This document shows, piece after piece, positions 41,937 through 53,800 of a stretch of DNA of 64,000 bases (positions within the stretch are counted from its first letter, which is position 1; each line of letters opens with the position of its first letter). The notes beneath the pieces were generated by a model. It had not been told where the DNA came from. It saw only the letters and a program-made list of their open reading frames with translations, and searched no databases. This DNA is from a bacterium (GTDB taxonomy: Bacteria; Hinthialibacterota; Hinthialibacteria; Hinthialibacterales; Hinthialibacteraceae). The position numbers and the translations under genes are program-made. The stretch is taken from positions 1 through 64,000 of the forward strand of contig CAXXSM010000143.1 in NCBI GenBank assembly GCA_963663405.2, given 5' to 3'.

Positions 41937-42560
41937 ATGAAACCGAATTATTCAACAGATATAAATACGTATCAAGAAGAAACGCAACCTCCGGAATGGG
42001 AAGCGTTATTAAATGATGTCACCTACCCGCCGAATTTCGCTGAAATCGCATGGGATCCACAGCTTCTGGGTGAAATGTTCGACCGGTTGGGGATGGAAAC
42101 GCTTCTCGATGGCCCTGTCGATGTGTACCGGGATGAAGAATGCGTCCGTCAGATTGAACTAACGCGCAAAATCGCGGACCGTAAACTGCAGGGGCTTACG
42201 AGACAGGTGATCCTGCTTCTTCTGGGAACCGGCGCCAGTTATCAGCGAATGAGTGAATTGCTGCATGTCTCTGTCGATACGATCCAACGGCAAGTGAAAC
42301 AAGGCGTCCAACAGATCCGGAACGTATTGAAAGAGAAGAAAATGGGAGAATTCCCTGCCGGACATGGGAAACGCCCCACGATCCGGGCGTCCCTCTTTCC
42401 GTTGGATACAAAGGAGGAACGGATTCAGTTTGTCACCTTCCTGAATCAACATACTGTCGTTCATGTCGCCTACAATGTTGATGAGCGCTTCCGGGAAGTT
42501 CTCGCCGTCTATATGACTGAGGGTGGAAGGAAGAAAAGGCTTGGGCGCCGCGCTTCGTAA
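41937..42560 (+). CDS. Protein with a sigma70 region-4-like HTH
   Basis: KLQGLTRQVILLLL.TGASYQRMSELLHVSVDTIQRQVKQGVQQIR matches the sigma r4 pattern; no region 2 recognised. Confidence 0.6.
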   Translation: MKPNYSTDINTYQEETQPPEWEALLNDVTYPPNFAEIAWDPQLLGEMFDRLGMETLLDGPVDVYRDEECVRQIELTRKIADRKLQGLTRQVILLLLGTGASYQRMSELLHVSVDTIQRQVKQGVQQIRNVLKEKKMGEFPAGHGKRPTIRASLFPLDTKEERIQFVTFLNQHTVVHVAYNVDERFREVLAVYMTEGGRKKRLGRRAS

Positions 42561-42612
42561 AGGTACACTAACGCTCGTATCCAAAAACTGCAAAACAGGG
42601 AGAATTGAGCGC

Positions 42613-43740
42613 ATGTTCCACGACCGGATTCAACAACTGGCTCAAACAATCGTCCATTATTCAACGAAAATCCAAGCGGGCGACATCGTCTTCATCCACG
42701 GCAAAGGATTCGAAACACGCGATTTAGCGGAAGCGGTTCTCGCCGAAACGGTGAAAACGGGGGGAATCCCCTATCTTTACTATGAAGATGATCGGGCTAC
42801 ACGGAGGCTGCTTCTAGATGGAACGGAAGAGACATTTAAAAAATTAGGTGATTTTCTCCTGTTGCAGATGAAGCAAGCGCAAGTCTATGTGGGGATTCGT
42901 GGCGCTGACAATGTATTCGAACTGGCGGATGCGCCAAAAGAGAAGTTGAAACTCTATGATAAATATATCGTTGGCCCCGTGCACTTGGAACAGCGCGTGA
43001 AACATACCCGCTGGTGTGTGATGCGGTATCCAAACGCGGCGATGTGCCAATTGGCGCAGACATCATCGGAAGCGTTTGGAACCTTTTACTACGATGTCTG
43101 CTGTCTCGATTACGCGAAAATGTCCGAATCAGTCCAGCCCCTTGTGGAATTGATGAAAAAAACGGATCGCGTCCGAATTGTCTCCCCTCAGACGGATCTA
43201 CAGTTTTCCATTAACGAGATTCCCGTAATTCCCTGCTCCGGCACGCACAATATCCCCGATGGAGAATGTTTCACAGCGCCGGTGCGTGAATCCATAAACG
43301 GAACCATCCGCTTCAACGCCCCCTCCGTGCATGAAGGGATTCTTTATAACTACATCCAGCTGACCTTCAAAGATGGAAAAGCCATCGAGATGGATTCCGG
43401 CGCAAACACGGACCGGCTGCGCGGTGTGCTGACATCGGATGAAGGAGCGTCGTATGTTGGAGAATTCTCATTTGGATACAATCCCTACATTTTAACCCCT
43501 ATGAAAGACACGCTCTTCGATGAAAAAATCGCCGGTTCGCTGCACTTGGCGATGGGTCAGGCATACGACGACGCGCCGAACGGGAATGAATCCACACTGC
43601 ACTGGGATCTCGTATTGATCCAACGTTCGGAATATGGCGGAGGCGAAGTCTATTTCGACGATGTCCTGATTCGGAAAGATGGATTATTTATACTACCGGA
43701 ATTGGAGAGGCTGAATCCAGAGAATCTTAAGACGGAATAA
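42613..43740 (+). CDS. Aminopeptidase, M29 (AmpS/thermophilic metalloprotease) family
   Basis: NIPDGECFTAP, GEFSFGYN, DTLFDEKIAGSLHLAMG and NESTLHWDLV motifs. Confidence 0.93.
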   Translation: MFHDRIQQLAQTIVHYSTKIQAGDIVFIHGKGFETRDLAEAVLAETVKTGGIPYLYYEDDRATRRLLLDGTEETFKKLGDFLLLQMKQAQVYVGIRGADNVFELADAPKEKLKLYDKYIVGPVHLEQRVKHTRWCVMRYPNAAMCQLAQTSSEAFGTFYYDVCCLDYAKMSESVQPLVELMKKTDRVRIVSPQTDLQFSINEIPVIPCSGTHNIPDGECFTAPVRESINGTIRFNAPSVHEGILYNYIQLTFKDGKAIEMDSGANTDRLRGVLTSDEGASYVGEFSFGYNPYILTPMKDTLFDEKIAGSLHLAMGQAYDDAPNGNESTLHWDLVLIQRSEYGGGEVYFDDVLIRKDGLFILPELERLNPENLKTE

Positions 43741-44470
43741 CAATTCTTCCATTCCGCATTTCGGGGACGAGATCGGTGGTGTCGAGTTTGACGCATTCGG
43801 GGAAGTCGTCTTCCAATTCGATTTCTTTGAGGTAGCGGCCGTGAGAAGAGCGTTCGATCATTTCGAGCAGGCGATACCGGTAGATTTCGAAGAGATCAAG
43901 GGCGGTGAGGGCCGCGTCGGTGAGTTCCACTTTCTTACCCGGCGGTTCCAGCATGGCGGCGATGATTCCCCCTAGACAGACAGTGTCTTCCAAGCAGTAT
44001 TGTTCCTCTTTACCCGCCGAGACTAGGAGGATGGATGTGTCCCCATTCCGATCCCAATTCCACAACCGTTCCGCGGTGGCGGAGCGGTTGGAGAAAGACG
44101 TGATTGTGATTCCCTTGGCATTTGAACAAGCGGCCAGGGCGCGGGTTCCGTTGGTGGTGAGGTGCACAATAGTCTTGCCTTTCACGACGGAAGACGCGTA
44201 TTCGAGGGGGGAATTGCCTAGATCGTATCCAGGACGCCGGAATCCCTCTTTTTCTCCACACAGCAGAACCGGGATCCCCTGTTCCTGCAAGGTGGCGTAT
44301 AGAGCGCGTGCGGCAGCGTCGTCAGGCTGAGGAAGCACCGCCGTGGCGCCGTTCGACAACGCTTTGATCGCTACCGTTGTGGCGCGCAGCACATCCGCCA
44401 CTGCGACAATGGATTCACCCAACTCGCGCCGTTCAAGTTCCGTTCGTGTTAAAGCCACATCAATAAGCAC
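43727..44470 (-). CDS. comB: 2-phosphosulfolactate phosphatase family
   Basis: DVLRATT, CGE.EG..PGYDLGNSP, TTNGT and LEDTVC motifs. Confidence 0.9.
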   Translation of the reverse strand: MLIDVALTRTELERRELGESIVAVADVLRATTVAIKALSNGATAVLPQPDDAAARALYATLQEQGIPVLLCGEKEGFRRPGYDLGNSPLEYASSVVKGKTIVHLTTNGTRALAACSNAKGITITSFSNRSATAERLWNWDRNGDTSILLVSAGKEEQYCLEDTVCLGGIIAAMLEPPGKKVELTDAALTALDLFEIYRYRLLEMIERSSHGRYLKEIELEDDFPECVKLDTTDLVPEMRNGRIVIPS

Positions 44471-44719
44471 AATCGATATCCCATTCCCATTTTTACGTTG
44501 TGATCACAACCATGAATGTTTATATACAACAATAATATTGATTCATTATAATTCAATTATGCGGAAATCAACATACCCCATAGAGACATGGCGCCTCATT
44601 TTTTCAATTTAAAGAATAGGATTTGGTGTATCTTATCTTTTACGGCCTGGCGCTCTGTATTATTTTTCTTCGATCGCGTATGGTAAGTGGATACATAATT
44701 TGAATCTTGGAGGTATCTA

Positions 44720-46009
44720 ATGAACAGAAAACAAAGATGGACTTTACGTATGGTTTTCGCTGTGGTTCTGCCACTGGTTATTCTCGTTTCCGCGCAGGCG
44801 CAGGATTCATGGAAAACGCAGGTGTTAGTCATCACCGGTGGACATGGATTTGAGCAGCGGGAATTTTTTGAACTGTTTGAAGGCTATGAAGACATCGAAT
44901 ATTCACAACTCGTCCACCCAATCGCAAACGAAATCTATACGAACGGCATGGCGATGAAGTTTGATGTCATCGCTCTCTACGATCTTTGGCAGCCGATTAC
45001 GGACGCGCAGAAAGAAGGATTGATCGATTACCTGAAAGCAGGTAAAGGACTGGTGGTTCTGCATCATGCTATAGCGAATTATCAAGACTGGCCGGAATTC
45101 TTGGAGATCGTTGGTGGAACCTATATTCTGAGCGAGGAAGGGCGTGAGATTAAAGGCAAAAATTATAAACAGTCAACTTACAAACATGGCGTGGATATGC
45201 CGATCCAAGTTGTTGACCAAATTCACCCGATCACACGGGGCATCAAAGATTATATGATTCACGATGAAACATACGGCGGCATGTATGTAAAGCCTTGTGT
45301 GAATGTTCTATTAAAATCAGATTCGCCAACCAGTTCGCCTATCGTCGCCTGGGCGAAAAATTACGGAGCGGGCCGGGTAGCGGCCATTCAAGGTGGACAC
45401 GATTCTCTCGCCTATAAAAACGAGAATTATCGGAAATTAGTCGCGCAGGCGATTCGCTGGGCGGCGAAACGTCCACCGTTGGAAATTCTATTCAATGGGG
45501 AAGATCTTTCCGGCTGGGAAGCGGAAGGCGAGGCCCGCTGGTCAGTGAAAGACGGGTCTCTAATCGGCGAACAAGGCCCAAATGGAGAAGCGGGGGATCT
45601 GTTCACAAAAGATGTATACCGCAATTTTGAACTGACGGTGGAATATCAAGTGAAATGGCCCGCGAACAGTGGGATCTGGTTCCGTTATCAAAACGCCCGG
45701 AACGCGTATCAGGCGGATATTTTGGAATGGAAAGATCCGGAATGCTGGTCGGGATCTCTTTATTGCTGTGGGAAAATGTTTTTAACGATGAACGAAGATC
45801 CAAAATTGGAGCGGAAGGATTGCTGGAACACGTTTGTCGTGCGCTGTGTGGATGAACACATCCAAATCTTCTTGAATGGAACGAAGGTGTCCGACACATG
45901 TGACCGCAGCAACGGATATGGAAAGATCGGCGTTCAAATCCACGCAGGCGATCAATATAAGGGGATGGCGATTAAAATCCGGAAAGCGGAGTTGGTTCCA
46001 TTGAATTGA
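44720..46009 (+). CDS. Secreted ThuA-like plus DUF1080 (3-keto-disaccharide hydrolase) protein
   Basis: VITGGHGF, GKGLVVLH, HPIT.G..DE.Y, QGGH; then LFNGEDLSGW, NSGIWFR, WNTFVV and GKIGVQIH. Confidence 0.85.
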   Translation: MNRKQRWTLRMVFAVVLPLVILVSAQAQDSWKTQVLVITGGHGFEQREFFELFEGYEDIEYSQLVHPIANEIYTNGMAMKFDVIALYDLWQPITDAQKEGLIDYLKAGKGLVVLHHAIANYQDWPEFLEIVGGTYILSEEGREIKGKNYKQSTYKHGVDMPIQVVDQIHPITRGIKDYMIHDETYGGMYVKPCVNVLLKSDSPTSSPIVAWAKNYGAGRVAAIQGGHDSLAYKNENYRKLVAQAIRWAAKRPPLEILFNGEDLSGWEAEGEARWSVKDGSLIGEQGPNGEAGDLFTKDVYRNFELTVEYQVKWPANSGIWFRYQNARNAYQADILEWKDPECWSGSLYCCGKMFLTMNEDPKLERKDCWNTFVVRCVDEHIQIFLNGTKVSDTCDRSNGYGKIGVQIHAGDQYKGMAIKIRKAELVPLN

Positions 46010-46033
46010 TTCCTTCATTATGAAGAAATGTGT

Positions 46034-46342
46034 GGAATTATGCCAGGATAGAATAAAGCCTTATCCTGGGTACCCAGATTGAAAGTGGATTTGGTTCCGT
46101 TGAATAGATTTCTTCGCTATGAAGAAAATGTGTGGAATTAAGCCAGGATAGAATAAAGCCTTATCCTGGGCGCCCTGGAAGAAACGAGAGGGTAGCAAAG
46201 GCAAGTACCGGCGCAAGCGCCGGAGCTTTTAATTTCATCTGCCTTTGCCTTATTCCATACGACTTTTGAATAGCGCAGTTTTCTGATTTTAAAATTTCGT
46301 GCGATTTATGCCAGGGTAGAAAGAGCCTTACCCTGGGCGCCC
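46034..46342. repeat. Repeat family B cluster: copies at 46034-46075 (+), 46134-46175 (+), 46190-46256 (-), 46303-46342 (+)
   Basis: Consensus GGAATTATG-CCAGGNNAG-loop-CTTNNCCTGG-G(Y)RCCC with covarying stem. Confidence 0.85.
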
Positions 46343-46367
46343 TTGGTGGTTGATATTGGCTAATACG

Positions 46368-46400
46368 AAACGGGGCGCTATGATACGCGCCCCGTTTTTT
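46368..46400. terminator. Probable bidirectional terminator between convergent genes
   Basis: AAACGGGGCGC-8 nt-GCGCCCCGTTTTTT. Confidence 0.75.
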
Positions 46401-46430
46401 CTATTCTGTTTTTTAAGTGTGCAGGAAGTT

Positions 46431-47750
46431 CTATTCAAGTCGTTCTTTGAAATAGAGGTTCGTCCGGATATCGGGCCGGAAGCCCCGATCCCCCGCTTTT
46501 CTCCCGGCGGCGTAGTTTTGGGCGGCGTTGAAAGAACCGGTTGTGCCAGTAAGCGGAGACGTAGGATCGATCCTCATGACAATAGGCACAACACCCCGGA
46601 TTTCCTGGCGTTGTTGATGCCCCTGCGCGCTGGCTTCATACCGGATATCAACAATAACGCGGACAATGCCGTCAAAAGATTTTCTGGGGACAAAGTAGAT
46701 CGCCTTGTCATCATAATCCTCATAAGGCTGCCAATTCTGATGAATTTCCTGGTTTGTGCCACTCCCCATGAGTTCGTAAAGCCCTCCCACATCCGTCGCC
46801 TCGCCGCTCGTGTCGATGGTGAATTTCACTTGGGCGTCATCATCAACCGCCGCGACATCAATTTTCTCTCCATCGGATCCAACCACTTGGAATTCCAGCA
46901 GTGTTTGTTTTTTCTGGCGGTTGGCCAGGAGAAAATCGTCAGGGCTGACCAGCAGCATCGGTGGATTGGCGAGAATCTGGACGGAGTTGGACACCAACGC
47001 CGGTGTAGGCGTCGGAGTCGCTGTACCCGGAAGTAATGTCGGTGTAGGCGTTGGGCTGGGGCCTTCGGTGGCTGTCGGCGCCGGCGTATTTTCGATGGTG
47101 GGCGTTGGGGTAGGCGTGTCGTCATCATTCCCGCCGGTGAGATTGGGAACAACCTCTAGATTGTCGATAAAAGCCAATCCTTCCCCTTCATAGCTGATCA
47201 CGATCAGGCTGTTATTCATCGAGGTATCAATGAAGATATCTGAAATCGAAAATGATCTGCTGTACACAGAATCAGATCTATTTTCCGGTCTATAGTATGT
47301 ATTTCCTCCAACAGTGATTTTAAGGCGCCCACCCGCTGGAACTATGGCGCAAAATCGAATGTCAAACCGCGTGTATCCGACCGGATTCCGGCCCGAGCTA
47401 AGGACCTGAGAGATGGAGGCGCCCGAACTGAGTTCCACGACAAAGTTTACGCTTTCATCCGCGTTTACCTGCTCGCGTAGAATACCGCCGTTGGAGGAAC
47501 TTCCCGGTCCCCAGTTCGATGGTTCCAAGCCATCCTGGGAATACGAGTCGAAATCGCCGTTTATGACAATAGACTGATCATCATCGACACTGCTGTAACA
47601 AAACGAATCGAATAAGGGAATCGATGTCGCTGTCGGTGTCGGCGTCAGTTCAACCTGGGCGAATCCAGCAAGTGGATAGATAATGAATAACGCGATTATG
47701 AGAACGTATTGTTGGGACCGTTTCACGATGACGTACCCCTTTCGTGACAT
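46431..47750 (-). CDS. Secreted protein with PT-rich linkers and a CBM-like domain; last gene of the minor pilin cluster
   Basis: Signal peptide; INGDFD..W..IDNLEV jelly-roll pattern; TPTPTPT linkers. Confidence 0.65.
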   Translation of the reverse strand: MSRKGYVIVKRSQQYVLIIALFIIYPLAGFAQVELTPTPTATSIPLFDSFCYSSVDDDQSIVINGDFDSYSQDGLEPSNWGPGSSSNGGILREQVNADESVNFVVELSSGASISQVLSSGRNPVGYTRFDIRFCAIVPAGGRLKITVGGNTYYRPENRSDSVYSRSFSISDIFIDTSMNNSLIVISYEGEGLAFIDNLEVVPNLTGGNDDDTPTPTPTIENTPAPTATEGPSPTPTPTLLPGTATPTPTPALVSNSVQILANPPMLLVSPDDFLLANRQKKQTLLEFQVVGSDGEKIDVAAVDDDAQVKFTIDTSGEATDVGGLYELMGSGTNQEIHQNWQPYEDYDDKAIYFVPRKSFDGIVRVIVDIRYEASAQGHQQRQEIRGVVPIVMRIDPTSPLTGTTGSFNAAQNYAAGRKAGDRGFRPDIRTNLYFKERLE

Positions 47751-47820
47751 CTTTCTATATATAGTATACTCTTGCCTGTTGCTCTCTCAAATCGTTTGAA
47801 TGAATCAATCAACGTGTCCG

Positions 47821-50800
47821 TTACCGTTGATAGACGGCTTCGAATTTACGCTGGGCTTCTACATTTTGATCTTGATCGAAGATCTGGCCAAGGGTTTTTA
47901 TCCCGAACGTCCGGGAACGGACCGTGATCAGGTTTGAAATCCGGTTCATCAGCGCTTCCATGTCTTCCGTCGTCATGCGGCGATTCAATTCACGATTGAG
48001 CCGTTCACGCAAATCTCCTTGCGCGTTGATTTTCAGATCGCCGGTCCGATCCCAGCGCTGTAAGAGCCGTTCGGAACAGCGTTCCCGCCGTCTGAGATGA
48101 GTGAGCTGCGCGAGCAGTGTTCCAATATCGGCATAAGGGCCATCGTCGGGATCAGAAACGATCGTCACTGGATACGCGAATTGATCGAAACTCGCCTCGC
48201 TTTTTCCACTCACGTCGGTTGGAGAGATATTGTAAAGATCCAAGATGGCTTTGATATCCTCGAATTCTTTGAAATCCCGCTCATCTGCGCGCCCCGTGCT
48301 GCGGAATTTATATTCCGTCATCACATCGACGGCGTTTTTCACACTCCGGGAGAGAAACGCTTCTAGGAATTTATCATCATCAAGGTTATGAACGCCAAAG
48401 AACATATCATGCCCACCGGGCTGCCGGCCTTCAATGATGAAGTCAGACACAATTGAATTGAAGAAATGACGCTGTTGGAGCGTTTCCGGCTTGCCTGCGC
48501 GATCCAATGGAGTGGAGGGCAGCGCGGAAAGCGCCTCTCGCGGCGCAGTGTTGATATTGACCAAACCCGGCACAATCCCGTTTTCGGCCGTTGTAATCAT
48601 GTTGTAAATCTGCGTGTATTGATTTTCCCACTGATCCAATCGTTCACGCTGGGCCAATTGAATGCGGTAATCATTTCTGGATCGGCCCAGCGCCGCCAGT
48701 TGGGGATTGGAGATGATCCGCTGGGAGTCGATCGCGATATCTTCCAACCGTTGGGGAATAATGGGTGTGTTGATTGTTTCGAATTTATTCCCCGTGAAGA
48801 GACGCGAAATTTCGCCCACGGTCGCCAATGGCCCATTCTTTACGTAAGCGGTGTTGTCGATGATATCGTATCGATCGCGCCGTTTGTCAACCAGATCCAT
48901 ACGCTGACGCGGATAGGCGGGCACGTAACCTGTGTTATCCCACCCTGGCGTTCCGGCCAGCAAGGAGCGCAGTTCGTTCGCGTTATCCGTATCTTGGTTG
49001 TCAGCGCGGCCCCGGCCAAAGAGTTCGATTCCCCGGAAGAAATAGTTATCGTCACCCATACTCGTCAAATTGTAATACCCCTGCGGATCCGGCGCCAAGG
49101 GCTGACCATCCGGCATCAACGTTGTAACGGCTAGATCAGGGCGGTCTTCTGGATAAATCCAACCGGCGTTGCGACGGCCACTACCTATCGATTGAAATTC
49201 CGGCGAGAGATCGCGTGTGGTTTTCCGCATGATGACAGCGATTTCGATAATGGGTTCATCCATATCCGCGTTCGGCCATCCATTCCGCAGCGAGTCGAAG
49301 GACTTGCGCAGATCAATTGTAAAGGCGGTGTCTCCATTGCGCAGTTTGGCGAATACCGGTTTACGATCGCCGTTGATTGAATAAATATGTTTGGGATTCT
49401 CGTTGGCTTCCTGCGGCTCTGCATCTTCGATATCATTCTCACCAGGATTAAGAATCCGGTAGACCGGCGTAACCATCACTTCACCGACGGGAAGGTCCAC
49501 ATCATATTCAATACCGGTTCGATCGATATACTTACGTCCGAGAACGCGAACGGTGAGTTGATCGTCCACCATCGGATCGTATCCAGCGCGGATAAATTCC
49601 CGTAATCCCATGCGCCAGATAAAAGCGGTTAACGGGGCTTCTGTTTCGACGCGGATTCGATATTCATCCAGTGTTTCTCTCGATTCCGGCGCGATTTCAG
49701 TCGCGTTTTCGAATCCACCCAATTGCTTATAGAAACGATTCAATTGTCCACTCGACGGAACCGCTTCCGACGCGATCGCGTTGAGATTTTTCCATAAGTT
49801 GAAACGGTCTTCATCCGCCGCTTCTTTGGGATACTGGTACCGGTCTCCAATGAAGTCCCAGCCGTTCCAATGCGCGTCGAACGAGGGAACCGGATTCGTG
49901 TCGATGAAGCGGGTGATCCGCGAGTTACTTGGATCCTTCATGTTTCCAGAGCCACCGATGCGGCCGCGTGTAATTTTTCCATCCGAGAGGGCCACTTCAG
50001 TGACGATCGCGTTTTTTGCGTCCAATTTCATGGTCGGAACCGCGCGCCGGCCTTTCACCTCTCTGTTTTCCACATACAACTCGGTCTCAAAGTATGTGGG
50101 ATCGGTCCGTTCGAAACTTTCGAATCCACGGTAGCCGGGCGCAACCAACAGATCGAGGGAATCGGCATTGCCTGGAATTTCCACGACAACATTATTGAAC
50201 GTCGTGCGATATTTGAACGAATCGAGATAATTCCCCGCCGGATCGTATAGCGTGACGTATTTGTCTTCGGGATTGTAGGTTAAGACATCTTCCTCCACAT
50301 CGAAGAGACGGAATTTTGTGTCGCTCTCTTTCGCGAGTGGAAACACAGCGCTATCCGGCCGGCGGATGCTGGCCATGATATTTGAGAATTCGAGTTCCGC
50401 CATTTCCGGTTCCACGATGCGCTCATCAATATCTGTGACATAGGGATAGTGCTTCTGGATAAACTCACTTAGTGACGATTTGTCAAATGCAAGGAGCAAT
50501 TTATTGTCTTCCATTAATAGGTCCTTGCCAGACAGTGTTGTATTCGTCTGTTGAGAAGCAATAAGTGGCTCATAGGGCACGCCTGTTCCTTCCATGCCTT
50601 CGTTGGCTTGAATATCTCTTCCATCATCATCTTCCCATGTGGGTTTCATGCGTTTGATAATGGAATTATCGGGCAGGATGTAGTGCCCATAAGGCGTATT
50701 GATAGTATATCCGGTCAGATCGATGTCATCGCTGGACAGATTGACCAATTCCACATATTGGACACGGGGATTGATCAACTCGATCCGGTCGAACGATGTG

Positions 50801-53800
50801 CCGTAATATGCGTCTGTCAATGGCGCGTTCGCTTGGATGGTCACCTCAAGACGTCCGTTATCCCCGATGCGCACCCGCTGCGCGGAACTGGAGTAACGGC
50901 GCGCGTTAGGCGCGGGGAAGGGTGTCAATCGATAATTAAGCTTGAATGCTGTTGTGGCTAACTGGGCGGTGGTTTTATCGATCACCAGCTGACCGGCGGC
51001 TGTCGCCGCGTCACCCACAAAAATTCCCCACCGCGCCATACGCGTGGTCTGAGCGGAATGTAATTTCCTGCCTTCCCGAGCCGCCGCTGAAGAAATATTT
51101 CACTTCTTCGCTGGGCCGGTATTGGTGATAAGGGCTGAGGTAGATTACGACGTCATACAAGCCCGCCGGGATATTTTCAAAAACCCAAACCGCTTCTTCC
51201 ACTCCCTGCGAGCCGACTTTCACGGGATCGTTAGCCGCCGGGACCTGGGTGTTGGTGACGGAGAAGATAAACGCAGGCGCGAGAATATCCATATTCACGA
51301 CCGGCAGAAATGTATGTACTGTATCCCGGAAGCCCTGGGGAAGGAACATATATCCTGGAACTGGATTGGCGGCCGAACCTTGCGCGGCGCCCGACGCGAT
51401 CGGTCCCCAGTTCGTGTCAACGGGTCCCTGTACGTTCGGACTTCCGCTGACTTTCTGTCCATCGTCCTGATTACCCGAAACGAGAGTGAAACGGCTGCTG
51501 GGTTGAATGGAGAGAGGCTTGCGCCGGTCATCCGGATCGTATGTCACCTCTTCCAGTGTTTCTTCCGCTTCCAGGCGGATGACGGGTTTCGCCATGACTT
51601 CGTTAATCCGGATGGCTTCTACTCCTTCATAGCTAGTAGACATGCCCGTCTGCGGTGGATTGGGGAGCAGCATCCGCATTTGTTCGGTGAAGTCCATCCG
51701 TTTGCGGCTTCGGTTGTCAATACCGATGAGAAGCCGGGGGTGCATGGCGAATTCACGCTGGCGTGTGGTAAAGAGATCAAAACTGCGCCGGGTTACTGGA
51801 TCCGCCAGGACGGCGTCGTCCTTGTTCGATCCAAGGGCTCTCATAACATCGGGATCGTTGGCGACTTTGAAGGGCGCCCAGGCGTCCACGAAATCGAGCA
51901 GGTTCAAGGCGATTTGGAATTCGGGCGGATCTTCATCCATGCGCCCGTCTTCATCATCATCGAAACAGGCGATATACCGTTCCCCGATTTCGTCCACTTC
52001 GCCATCCCCATCGTTGTCCACGCCGTCCAATTCGGGCGCGTACATGGCGCCGAGGACTTGGGGATCGTAGAAGTCCGCGAAACTGTCACCATCGTCATCA
52101 GCGAAACTGGTACGATGCTTGGCGGTCGCGTCGTTGTTCAACTTACGTTCCTTCACGATATCGCCTTCCGCCGAATCTTCCCCTTCCTGTTCGGGATCGC
52201 CTCCGATTCCAGGATAGCCGTCGGCGCTCAAGTCACCATACGCGTCTTCACTGACGTGCCATTCGGGATCGTAGGAGAGCAGGTGATCGTGGTTGAAATC
52301 ACCGTCGTCATCGATGAGGTTATCCCCATCGCTGTCCACCCCGTCGCCTTCCACGACCATTCCCGCGCGGATTTCCTGGTCTTTCTCGTCACGCGGGCGG
52401 GTTCGATCTTCCCCGAGAACGCGTAGACGGCCTACGATCCCCTGACTGGCGGATTGCCGCACTTCATCCCGCCGTTCTCCATCGCCATCATCATCCTGCC
52501 CATTGAACGCGACAGAAGGGGAACCAACGTCCGGTTCACCATAGCCGTCAAAATCACCGCTGGGGTAGAAATTCCCATCCCAGTCGTCGGAGGTTTCATC
52601 GATAAATCCATCGCCGTCGTCGTCTTCGCCGTTGGGGACGCCATTTTTGACATCCGGTTCGGCTTCGGATTGCCAATCGCCGTCGTTATCCACTTGAATG
52701 GCCAAGAGGTCTTCGAGACGGACAGGCGGGCTGTATTGGAAGTCCGACCGGTTTTCCCGTTTCGAGGATCCCTCATCCCAAATATCCGACGCGCGCCAAT
52801 TGGCGCTCAGGTTAGGATTGATCTTCGCGATTTCGTTGTTTTTCCCACTCAAGGGACCGGAGATTTCATCGGATTGACTGTAAATCGTGGTCGAATCCCG
52901 CAGGATTTCAAAGAGAGTGGGGAGCATTTCATTTTTAGGATCGATCGCGGCGTTTTGTGTATTGCGCATCAAACCGACGAGGAGCAGATCATCGACGGTG
53001 GAATAGGGCCGGTCATCTCCCTTGGGATTGAAGACGCTGAATTCAGAAGGATCATCGATACCTTCATTTTGTTCATCGATGTACCCGTCTCCATCATCGT
53101 CGATTTTATTACCGGGGCGGAAATCCTCGGCTTTTTCAGGATTGCTATTAATCGGGCCATTGATTCCCGAACCGGCGGTGTTGACCGTGGAGGGACCAAT
53201 GTACCGTTCATCTTCTTCGTTGTACAAACCATCTTCATCATTATCTACACCGTCTCCGGTGACGGCGAACGGCTCCCCATCGAATTGCGAGGTGCGATAC
53301 GCGTCACTATATTCTTTGACGGTGACAATACGAGGGTTGTTATTGCCATTGTCATCCACTTTTTCGACGCCGGGATACCGCAAACTTTTCCCCCCGTCGG
53401 ACACCGATCCATACCGGAGATTGACAATGTTCATCGCCAACTCTTCCGCTTGTTTCAGATTGAAGGTACGGTTGCTTCCACTGGATGTGCGGTAGTTGAC
53501 GATCCGGTTGTATAAGAAAAGAGGAAGATCTAATTCCGCCGGGGAGAGACCAAGGTTATAAGTGAAACCGCCGCCGATGCCGTAATTGTTTCCCACGACG
53601 TTGATGTTGATCTTGGCGTTTTCATCAAAAACGCCTAATGAATCGCCATCCGCGTCATATCCAGTGCCGGGTGGGAAAGGCACGGCGCCTTGGTTGTCGG
53701 GCCTTCGCAGATCGTAACCATCTTCATTCACTTGCCAGTCTTCGTCGTCATCTTCGGTCATATCAGACTGACCGTCGTCATCCACGTTCCCATCCAGGTT

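Noticed and set aside
45983-46110. Diversity-generating retroelement TR/VR pair
   Set aside because: The duplicated coding part is only about 9 codons, differences are not adenine-specific, and no reverse transcriptase is present
46034-46342. Integron attC sites
   Set aside because: A bulged hairpin is present but there are no RYYYAAC/GTTRRRY boxes, no cassette ORFs between copies and no integrase in the window
46350-47193. Plus-strand ORFs (228 aa and 127 aa, VGVGVG-rich)
   Set aside because: Antisense of the PT-linker gene
51122-53515. Long plus-strand ORFs (434 aa and 353 aa)
   Set aside because: Antisense shadows of the Asp/Gly-rich GspK gene; no motifs or RBS
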